This document shows positions 25,231-32,000 of a stretch of DNA of 32,000 nucleotides, piece by piece; the first letter of the stretch is position 1; each line of letters begins with the position of its first letter. Under the pieces are notes generated by a model, which worked only from the letters and a program-made list of their open reading frames with translations, made no database searches and was not told where the DNA came from. The stretch covers positions 1,500,001 through 1,532,000 of the forward strand of contig NZ_CP010904.1 of assembly GCF_001017655.1 (NCBI RefSeq). The letters run 5' to 3'. Position numbers and translations under genes: made by a program. This stretch comes from Kiritimatiella glycovorans. Its GTDB lineage: Bacteria; Verrucomicrobiota; Kiritimatiellia; Kiritimatiellales; Kiritimatiellaceae.

Positions 25231-26429
25231 AGGCGAATCCCAACAAACTGACGTTTGCATCGATCGAGACGAATCGGGGGCTGGAGGCGGCGCTGGGCGG
25301 CGAGCGTGCGGACGCGATCGGACGCGTATCCCATTCGGGGCTCAAGGGGCGCGGCGGCGCCGGCTTCCCCACGGGCGTCAAATGGAACCTGGCCGCGGCG
25401 GCGCAGAGCGATCAGAAGTACGTGGTCTGCAATGCGGACGAAGGCGAACCGGGTACGTTCAAGGACCGCGCGATTCTCACCGACTACGCGGACCTGGTAT
25501 TCGAGGGCATGACGATCGGGGGCTACGCGATCGGGGCCACCAGAGGGATTCTGTACCTGCGCGAGGAATACACCTACCTGCGGCGGCGGCTCGAAAGCGT
25601 GCTCGCGCGCCGGCGGAAAGAGGGCTGGCTCGGCGAGGGCATCGGCAAGCGCGGGGATTTTCACTTCGACATCGAGATCCGGATGGGCGCCGGGGCCTAC
25701 ATCTGCGGCGAGGAGACCGCGCTGATCGAGTCGCTGGAGGGCTACCGCGGCGAGGCGCGCAACCGCCCGCCCTTCCCCGTCGACACGGGCTTCAAAAACC
25801 ACCCGACCATCGTCAACAACGTGGAGACCTTCGCCTGGATCTCGTGCATCTTCGTCAAGGGCGAGGACTGGTTCAAGAAGCTCGGCACGGAGAAGTCGAG
25901 CGGTCTGAAGCTGCTCAGCGTCTCCGGCGACTGCGCGCAGCCGGGCGTCTACGAGGTGCCGCTGGGCGTGACCGTGGCCGATCTGCTCGAGCTGGTAGGA
26001 GGCGAGGACGCGAAGGCGGTGCAGATCGGGGGCGCCTCCGGAAACTGCATCCCCGCCTCGGAATTCGAGCGGACCATCGCCTTTGAAGACGTGCCCACCG
26101 GGGGATCCATCATCGTCTTCGGCCCCGGGCGGGACATGCTGACCGTCGCCAAGAACTTCATGGAGTTCTTTGTCGACGAATCCTGCGGCCAGTGCACGCC
26201 CTGCCGCGAGGGCAACGTGAAACTGCTCGAAGGCATCGAGATGCTCGAACAGGGCACCTGCTCGATGCACTACCTCCGCGAGCTGTGCGCGCTGGGCGAG
26301 ACGATGCAGCTCGCCTCGAAGTGCGGACTGGGGCAGTCGAGCCCCAATGCGTTCCTCTCGATCGTCGAACACTTCAAGGATGAAATCATGGGGCGCCGGC
26401 CCGAAGCCGCCGCCGTGCAAGGAGCGTAA
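25227..26429 (+). CDS. hydB: Minimal NuoF-like flavoprotein subunit (HydB type) without accessory ferredoxin domains, cluster 2
   Basis: Part of ORF 24969..26429. ATG 25227 (MKANPNKLTF) overlaps the hydC2 stop as ATGA. Contains GRGGAGFPTGVKW and SCGQCTPCREG...KCGLGQ. The protein ends about 30 aa after the last N3 cluster Cys. Confidence 0.85.
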   Translation: MKANPNKLTFASIETNRGLEAALGGERADAIGRVSHSGLKGRGGAGFPTGVKWNLAAAAQSDQKYVVCNADEGEPGTFKDRAILTDYADLVFEGMTIGGYAIGATRGILYLREEYTYLRRRLESVLARRRKEGWLGEGIGKRGDFHFDIEIRMGAGAYICGEETALIESLEGYRGEARNRPPFPVDTGFKNHPTIVNNVETFAWISCIFVKGEDWFKKLGTEKSSGLKLLSVSGDCAQPGVYEVPLGVTVADLLELVGGEDAKAVQIGGASGNCIPASEFERTIAFEDVPTGGSIIVFGPGRDMLTVAKNFMEFFVDESCGQCTPCREGNVKLLEGIEMLEQGTCSMHYLRELCALGETMQLASKCGLGQSSPNAFLSIVEHFKDEIMGRRPEAAAVQGA

Positions 26430-26432
26430 TCC

Positions 26433-28358
26433 ATGGACAAGAAGATGGCCGAAGAAACGTCGCGCGCGCCCCGCAGCCAGTGTCTGGACCGGATCGAACA
26501 GCCGGACAATCCCGACGCGATCGGGGCCCAGGTCACGATCACGGTCGACGACCAGGAGATCAAGGTGCCGCTGGGCACCACGATCCTGGAAGCCGCCCGC
26601 GAACTGGGCATCCGCATCCCCACCCTCTGCTACCACGAGGACCTGTGCGTCGCCGGCGTCTGCCGGGTCTGCGTGGTGGAGGTCGAGGAGGAGCGCACCC
26701 TGCAGGCGTCCTGCTCCTACCCGGTCACCCGCCCGATCACGGTGCGGACCCATACGCGCAAGGTGCGGCAGGCGCGGCGACATATCCTCGACCTGCTGCT
26801 CTCCCGGCACTACGGCGAATGCTACGCCTGCTTCCGCAACAACAACTGCGAGCTGCAGGCGCTCGCCAAGGAGTACGGGGTCGATTTCTTCCGCTTCGGC
26901 CACCCGGAAAAACCGCGCTACGAGGTCGACCGCTCCAGCCACTCGGTCGTCCGCGACATGGACAAGTGCATCCTCTGCCGCCGCTGCGTACGTACCTGCA
27001 TCGACCTGCAGGAAACCGGTGTGCTCGAGGTGGCCGGGCGCAGCTTCGAGTCAAAAGTGGTCACGTTCGGCGACAAGCCGCTGGCCGAGGTCGTCTGCAT
27101 CAACTGCGGCCAGTGCATCAACCGCTGCCCCACCGGCGCGCTGCGCGCCAACGACCCGACCGACGAGGTCTGGGCGGCGATCGACGACCCGACCAAACAC
27201 GTCGTCATCCAGACGGCGCCGAGCCCGCGGGCGGGGATCGGCGAGTGCTTCGGACTCGAACCGGGGCACTGCCTGACGTTCGAGATGAATACGGCGCTGC
27301 GGATGTGCGGGTTCGACAAGGTGTTCGACACGAACTTCACCGCGGACCTGACCATCCTGGAAGAGGGCACGGAGCTTATCCGGAGGCTCTACGGGGCGCT
27401 GGTCGAGCAGGATGAGAACGTCGCCCTGCCCCAGTTCACGAGCTGCTCGCCGGGCTGGGTCAAGTATATTGAACACTTCTACCCGGAGTACCTGGACCAC
27501 GTCTCGACCGCAAAGAGCCCGCAGCAGATGTTCGGCTCGGTGATCAAGACCTACTACGCGCAAAAGGCGGGGATCGATCCCGAGAACATCGTGACGGTGG
27601 CGCTGATGCCCTGCGCGGCGAAAAAGTTCGAGTGCAACCGTCCGGAGATGTGCGACAGCGGGCACAAAGACATCGATTACGGCCTGACGACGCGCGAACT
27701 GGCGCAGATGATCAGCGAGACGGGCATCCACCTCCCGGGCGTGCCGAAGTCGGATTTCGACGATCCCTTCGGTACGGCCACGGGGTCCGGCGTGATCTTC
27801 GGCGCCACCGGCGGCGTAATGGAATCGGCGCTGCGCACCATCATCGAGGTGACGACCGGCGTGAAGGTGGAGGACCTGTTCGAACACGCCGACATCACCC
27901 CCATCCGCGGGTTCGAGGGCATCCGCTTCATGGAACTCCCGATCGAGAAGACCGGACCGGTGCCGGAACTGCTGCAGAATGTCGTTCAGGACTGGTCCTG
28001 GCTTGAGGGCGCCACGCTCAAAGTGGCGGTGGCCCACGGCACGGCCCACGCGAAACGGGTCATGGAGGACATCAAGGCGGGAGGACCCTGCAGCCAATGC
28101 CATTTCATCGAGTTCATGGCCTGCCCCGGCGGCTGCCTGGGCGGCGGCGGACAGCCGATCCCGACCAGTCCGGAGATCCGCGAGGCCCGCGCGCAGGCGA
28201 TCTACGCGGAGGACTCCGACGCCGAGGTCCGGAAATCCTACGAGAATCCGGCGGTGGCGGAACTCTACCGGAACTTCTTCACCGACGGCCCCTGCAGCCA
28301 CCTGAGCCATCAGCTGCTGCATACCCACTACACGCCGAGAGGAAAGTATATCGTGTGA
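26433..28358 (+). CDS. hydA: [FeFe]-hydrogenase-type catalytic subunit (HydA-like), cluster 2
   Basis: 641 aa. Same domain order as cluster 1 HydA, plus a ~40-aa N-terminal extension. Motifs are FTSCSPGW (atypical), MPCAAKKFE and EFMACPGGCLGGGGQP. Confidence 0.9.
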   Translation: MDKKMAEETSRAPRSQCLDRIEQPDNPDAIGAQVTITVDDQEIKVPLGTTILEAARELGIRIPTLCYHEDLCVAGVCRVCVVEVEEERTLQASCSYPVTRPITVRTHTRKVRQARRHILDLLLSRHYGECYACFRNNNCELQALAKEYGVDFFRFGHPEKPRYEVDRSSHSVVRDMDKCILCRRCVRTCIDLQETGVLEVAGRSFESKVVTFGDKPLAEVVCINCGQCINRCPTGALRANDPTDEVWAAIDDPTKHVVIQTAPSPRAGIGECFGLEPGHCLTFEMNTALRMCGFDKVFDTNFTADLTILEEGTELIRRLYGALVEQDENVALPQFTSCSPGWVKYIEHFYPEYLDHVSTAKSPQQMFGSVIKTYYAQKAGIDPENIVTVALMPCAAKKFECNRPEMCDSGHKDIDYGLTTRELAQMISETGIHLPGVPKSDFDDPFGTATGSGVIFGATGGVMESALRTIIEVTTGVKVEDLFEHADITPIRGFEGIRFMELPIEKTGPVPELLQNVVQDWSWLEGATLKVAVAHGTAHAKRVMEDIKAGGPCSQCHFIEFMACPGGCLGGGGQPIPTSPEIREARAQAIYAEDSDAEVRKSYENPAVAELYRNFFTDGPCSHLSHQLLHTHYTPRGKYIV

Positions 28359-28362
28359 GGTT

Positions 28363-28389
28363 GAAGGCTGAGACCTGAAACCTGAGTAA
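28363..28389 (+). repeat. 27-bp heptad-periodic element, copy B (4 nt after the hydA2 stop)
   Basis: GAAGGCTGAGACCTGAAACCTGAGTAA, identical to the reverse complement of 20353-20379. Confidence 0.8.
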
Positions 28390-28413
28390 CCGAAGACCAT
28401 GCCACCGCTCTGG

Positions 28414-28435
28414 TTCAGATTTCAGGGTCCAGGCC
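28414..28435 (+). repeat. Degenerate inverted copy of the heptad element; can pair with 28365-28385
   Basis: TTCAGATTTCAGGGTCCAGGCC versus the reverse complement of GGCTGAGACCTGAAACCTGAG. This gives an imperfect long hairpin in the hydA2-kinase spacer. Confidence 0.45.
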
Positions 28436-28471
28436 TCACACTCAAACCACCCGATCTTCCAGTTTCATCCC

Positions 28472-29752
28472 ATGCCCCGAAACCTCCAGTACCTCGATGA
28501 GCGCGGCGACGGGAAACCGTGGTCTTTCTTCACATCGGAGGAGCAGGCGCGGCTGGCGGAGATGAACCAGAAGATCGCCGGCGCGCGGTCCATACACGAG
28601 GTGATGGACCGCTTCTTTCAGACGGCCCGCGAACTCGGCGCTACCGACCGGGCCGGGCTGGCCTTCGTCGAAGAGGACGCCCGCCGCGTCACCGCGCGCT
28701 ACGCCCGGGCGAACTACGAGCCCCTGCTGCTGCGCGAAGGCTACTCCGAAGACCTCCACGGCAGCTCGCTCGAACACGTCCTCCAGCGCGGCCGCCCGCG
28801 GGTGATCAGCGATCTCGAACTCTACCTCGAACACCACCCCTTCAGCCGCTCCACCGAACTCGTCGTCCGGGAAGGCGTCCGCTCAAGCCTGACCTGCCCG
28901 CTGACCGTCGACGACCGCGTGGTCGGCTTTCTCTTTCAGAGCAGCCGTAAACGCTATGCCTACGGGGAACGGGATGTGGCCATGGTACGCGTCATCGCCG
29001 AACGGCTCAGCCAGGCCGTCGAGAAGGCGTGGCGGATCGCGCAGCTCGAATCGCTCAACCGCGCCTACACCGAGATGCTCGGCTTCGTGAGCCACGAGCT
29101 GAAAAACCCCGTCGCCTCGCTCGTCACCGACGCCCGGCTGCTGACCGGCGGCTATCTCGGCGAGCTGCAGCCGAAGCAGAAGGACAAGCTCGAAAGGATG
29201 ATCTCCAAGGCGGAGTACCTGCTCGGACTCGTGCGCCAGTATCTGGACCTCGAGCGCATCGAGTCGGGCAGCCTGGAACCCAACAGGGTCACGATCCGCG
29301 ACGTCCGTGCCGCCGTCGTCGAACCGGCGATCGATATCGTCCTGCCGCAGGTCGAGGAAAAGCGCATGACGATTGAGCGCGAGCTGCCTGATGCGCCGCC
29401 TGAAGTCGAAGGCGACGCCGGGCTGATCAAGATCGTGCTCGTCAACCTCCTGAGCAACGCCGTCAAATACGGCCGCGAGGGCGGCCGTATCCGCATGAGC
29501 GTGCGCGAGGAGAACGAGGCCCTGCGTTTCACGGTCTGGAACGAGGGCCCCGGGTTTCCCGAATCGGCGCGCGGACGCCTCTTCCGCCGCTTCTCGCGGC
29601 TCAACACCCCCGAACTGATGCGGCAGAAAGGGACCGGCGTCGGCCTCTACAACGCGCGCAAGATCGTCCTGCTCCACGGCGGCCACATCAACGCCCGTTC
29701 CGAAGAGGGCTCCTGGGCGGAATTCTCCTTCACCCTTCCCCGGCGCGCTTAG
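28472..29752 (+). CDS. Cytoplasmic sensor histidine kinase with N-terminal GAF domain
   Basis: 426 aa with a GAF-like region (aa ~40-190), H-box FVSHELKNP, N-box LLSNAVKYG and G-box GTGVGL. No hydrophobic transmembrane stretch is visible. The start codon has no clear SD, so the start is uncertain. Confidence 0.85.
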   Translation: MPRNLQYLDERGDGKPWSFFTSEEQARLAEMNQKIAGARSIHEVMDRFFQTARELGATDRAGLAFVEEDARRVTARYARANYEPLLLREGYSEDLHGSSLEHVLQRGRPRVISDLELYLEHHPFSRSTELVVREGVRSSLTCPLTVDDRVVGFLFQSSRKRYAYGERDVAMVRVIAERLSQAVEKAWRIAQLESLNRAYTEMLGFVSHELKNPVASLVTDARLLTGGYLGELQPKQKDKLERMISKAEYLLGLVRQYLDLERIESGSLEPNRVTIRDVRAAVVEPAIDIVLPQVEEKRMTIERELPDAPPEVEGDAGLIKIVLVNLLSNAVKYGREGGRIRMSVREENEALRFTVWNEGPGFPESARGRLFRRFSRLNTPELMRQKGTGVGLYNARKIVLLHGGHINARSEEGSWAEFSFTLPRRA

Positions 29753-29773
29753 CCTGTCCGCCGAAGGCATAGA

Positions 29774-29803
29774 GGGCCGAAGGCGGAGAGATCGCGCCCT
29801 ACC
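29774..29803 (-). repeat. REP-like element (GTAG head, weaker hairpin)
   Basis: Minus strand: GGTAGGGCGCGATCTCTCCGCCTTCGGCCC. The 16-mer is identical to 20286-20301. Confidence 0.5.
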
Positions 29804-29831
29804 CGGGAGACGCAGGCCGAACCCACTCCCC

Positions 29832-29881
29832 CTGAGATCGAGTACGAGTACGGCTGCGCTGAGTAAGAGTACGAGTACGAC
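29832..29881 (+). repeat. GTAC-hexamer repeat, copy 4 (two units)
   Basis: CTGAGATCGAGTACGAGTACGG-CTGCGCTGAGTAAGAGTACGAGTACGAC. Confidence 0.7.
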
Positions 29882-29979
29882 ATTTCCCTGAGTGTCCCGA
29901 TGCGGAACTCAGGAAGTGCGGGAGTCTTGCCTCCCCGGTTTTCCCGATGCTACGCTGACGCGCGACGGGAGGAGACGTG

Positions 29980-30432
29980 ATGGGTTTCGAACAGATACGC
30001 GAGCTGCTGGACCAGGCACGGGATTTTCACCGCCGCGCGGCAGAGTACTACAGGAAGCTGGACCACGAGACGTCGCCACGCGCGCGAATGCTGCTCGACT
30101 ACCTCGAACACCGCGAACAGAAGCTGGAGCAGGCGCTCAGGGAGTTTGAGGCGAACGCTCCGGAGGACGTGCTGGAAACCTGGCAGCAGTTTCCGCCGGA
30201 ACACCGATTCCGCGAGCTGCTCGCTCAGGCGGAATTCACTCCTCCCGCCGGGATCGACGACATCACCCGCCGGGCGGAGAACCTGAGCCGCGCACTGATC
30301 GATTTCTACAGCGACATGGCGTCGAATGCACCGGGCGCGCAGACCCGCGAACTGTTCGAGAGACTGCGCGAATCCGAAGAAGCCGCCCTGCATCGGATGG
30401 TGAAAAACACCCAGATGCTTGAAGATCTGTGA
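29980..30432 (+). CDS. Hypothetical helical protein
   Basis: ORF 29977..30432 (GTG then ATG). ATG 29980 follows GGGAGGAG. Balanced, helix-prone composition (MGFEQIRELLDQARDFHRRAAEYYRKL...). No family recognised. Confidence 0.5.
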   Translation: MGFEQIRELLDQARDFHRRAAEYYRKLDHETSPRARMLLDYLEHREQKLEQALREFEANAPEDVLETWQQFPPEHRFRELLAQAEFTPPAGIDDITRRAENLSRALIDFYSDMASNAPGAQTRELFERLRESEEAALHRMVKNTQMLEDL

Positions 30433-30439
30433 GGATTCC

Positions 30440-31144
30440 TCATCCGCCCCCCCCTCGCACCACCACCTCATGCACGAACTCGGTCACGGTGGAACGGAGC
30501 TCTTCGAGCTGTTCGGGCGGGGTGCGCGGGAGCGTGCGAAAGGTCTCGCCGGGAAGGGACTCGTCGGGAACGAACGGCTGCAGCACGAGACGGTTCGAGC
30601 CGTTCAGTTCGATCCCGATCCGCCGCATCCGGTCCGCATTGTGGTGGCCGGGGATCACGGTGGTGCGGAATTCATGGCGGACGCCGCCGCTCCTGAGCAG
30701 TTCGACGGACCGTCGCAGACGATCGGGCCGCGACCAGCCGGTGAGGGAGGGGTAGTCCTCGAGCGCCGTCTTCACATCCATCGCCACGTAGTCCAGATCC
30801 GGAAGACAGGCCTCCAGCATTTCCGGGTTCGAGCCGTTGGTGTCGAGTTTGACGGCGAACCCGTGCCGTTTATAGAAGCGGATCAGTTCGGGAAGCCCCG
30901 CGGCGAGCGTCGGCTCGCCGCCGCTGATGACGGCCGCATCGGTCCAGTTGCGCCGGAAATCGGCGCAGACCTCGTCCATCCGCTCCCAGCTCAGGCCCGG
31001 CCGGGGCGCTCCCATCAGCGTGGCATTGTGGCAGAAACCGCAGGAGAAATTGCAGCCGCTGGTGAAGAAGATCGCCGCGATCCGGCCGGGATAATCCACC
31101 ATGGTAGGCTGGCGGCGGAAGGCATAGACCGGCGAAGCCGCCAT
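30440..31144 (-). CDS. nrdG: Anaerobic ribonucleoside-triphosphate reductase activating protein (radical SAM)
   Basis: 234 aa with FTSGCNFSCGFCHN (CxxxCxxC) and ISGGEPT. Downstream of nrdD. Confidence 0.85.
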   Translation of the reverse strand: MAASPVYAFRRQPTMVDYPGRIAAIFFTSGCNFSCGFCHNATLMGAPRPGLSWERMDEVCADFRRNWTDAAVISGGEPTLAAGLPELIRFYKRHGFAVKLDTNGSNPEMLEACLPDLDYVAMDVKTALEDYPSLTGWSRPDRLRRSVELLRSGGVRHEFRTTVIPGHHNADRMRRIGIELNGSNRLVLQPFVPDESLPGETFRTLPRTPPEQLEELRSTVTEFVHEVVVRGGGG

Positions 31145-31539
31145 TACGACGTCTCCCGCGCCTCATTCAGCACGCCGCGGATCGTCTCCGGCTTCAGTAT
31201 GCCCCTCCCCCGCTCCGAATAATCGGTCTGCAATCCGAGTACGGGGCCCAGGCGCGAAGGGTCGGGGCCTTCCGTCTCCGCGGACGGGGCGGGAATCGGC
31301 TCGTAACGTCCGCTCTGCTCGTCACGCCGTGCGACGAGCATGGCCGGGATACGCTGGGGATTGATGCATTCCGCCTCGCAGAAACGCACCAGCCCCTGTT
31401 CCGTATCGAGATCGACGTATTCCTTCTCGAACTCCGCCATCCCGTCGCGCTTCAGTTCCTTATCCAGACGCCGATTGAGCGCCTTGCATTTGTCGCAGTT
31501 CTGTTTGCCGAATACGGTTACGCGATACGCCGTCATCAT
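31144..31539 (-). CDS. Glutaredoxin/NrdH-like thioredoxin-fold protein
   Basis: 131 aa with VTVFGKQNCDKCKAL (CxxC after beta1). GGAGGAG SD. Its stop overlaps the nrdG ATG by 1 nt (TAATG). Confidence 0.6.
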   Translation of the reverse strand: MMTAYRVTVFGKQNCDKCKALNRRLDKELKRDGMAEFEKEYVDLDTEQGLVRFCEAECINPQRIPAMLVARRDEQSGRYEPIPAPSAETEGPDPSRLGPVLGLQTDYSERGRGILKPETIRGVLNEARETS

Positions 31540-31561
31540 GCTCTCCTCCGGTATTGAGTGA

Positions 31562-32000
31562 TCAGTTCTGCCGGATTTCCGCGCCGGCTTGCGGCGAAGG
31601 CTCCTCCGCGCACTCCATGGCGTCGTCCTCCGCCGTCTCCACAGCGTACTGCCCGCGCTGCCGGGCCACCAGTTCGCCGTAGCGCTTGGACTTGTTCCAG
31701 TTCTGGATCTTGCTGAAGTAGCCCACGACGCGCGTTTCGCCGACCACGTCCTCCGAGCCGCAGGACTCGCAGCTCTCCTTCAGACCGCGCATATTGTGGC
31801 GGCAGTAGTTGCAGTAGGTGAACTCGGGCGAGATCGTGACCTGCGCCGACTGCGTCTCAAAGAACACCTTCTTCATGAGCGCGGCGACCGATTCCGGCGC
31901 CGGGCGCTCCTCGCCGACGAACGCGTGGGTGATCGCCCCCGATTCGATCAGGCTGTGGTACTTGCTCTGTTCGCGGATGCGGTCCACCAGCGTGACCGGC
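31562..32000 (-). CDS. nrdD: Anaerobic ribonucleoside-triphosphate reductase, C-terminal part (5' end off window)
   Basis: C-terminal Zn-ribbon CNYCRH...CESCGS and glycyl-radical motif TRVVGYFSKIQNWNKSKRYGE. The frame is open to the right edge. Confidence 0.85.
   Translation of the reverse strand, partial: PVTLVDRIREQSKYHSLIESGAITHAFVGEERPAPESVAALMKKVFFETQSAQVTISPEFTYCNYCRHNMRGLKESCESCGSEDVVGETRVVGYFSKIQNWNKSKRYGELVARQRGQYAVETAEDDAMECAEEPSPQAGAEIRQN

Overview
GC-rich bacterial chromosomal window, probably from an anaerobe; the taxon cannot be assigned from sequence alone. Layout: (i) 1-11667 is a minus-strand housekeeping block: a partial URO-D-family protein, a PabB-PabC fusion, the RfaE2/HldC-type heptose adenylyltransferase, a ~700-aa protein ending in a GreA/GreB domain, and glutamate synthase GltD and GltB. 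(ii) 11826-13364 is a divergent GAF + sigma-54 enhancer-binding protein. (iii) 13.4-18.4 kb is a small accessory island: an AbiEi/AbiEii type IV toxin-antitoxin pair, an IS256-family insertion sequence whose transposase is knocked out by a nested 144-bp MITE with a perfect 9-bp target duplication, and a HigB/HigA pair. (iv) 18.4-29.8 kb holds two divergently transcribed [FeFe]-hydrogenase-type clusters sharing one AT-rich control region. The minus-strand set is NuoE-like / NuoF::GltD(NfnB)-like fusion / HydA-like, an StnABC-like architecture. The plus-strand set is REC - HydC - minimal HydB - HydA - GAF histidine kinase. (v) 29.9-32 kb holds a hypothetical helical protein and the end of an anaerobic ribonucleotide reductase operon (partial nrdD, a glutaredoxin-like gene, nrdG). 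Intergenic DNA carries three short repeat families: GTAC-hexamer units, GTAG-headed REP-like hairpins, and a 27-bp heptad-periodic element placed right after two hydrogenase-cluster stop codons. The best candidate for something not yet characterised is the paired hydrogenase region. It combines an Stn-like fusion module that keeps most H-cluster motifs, an unusual TSCSPGW motif in both HydA paralogs, and a two-component system wrapped around the second cluster. Most long ORFs antisense to the called genes are GC-driven shadow ORFs. No rRNA, tRNA or CRISPR array was seen.
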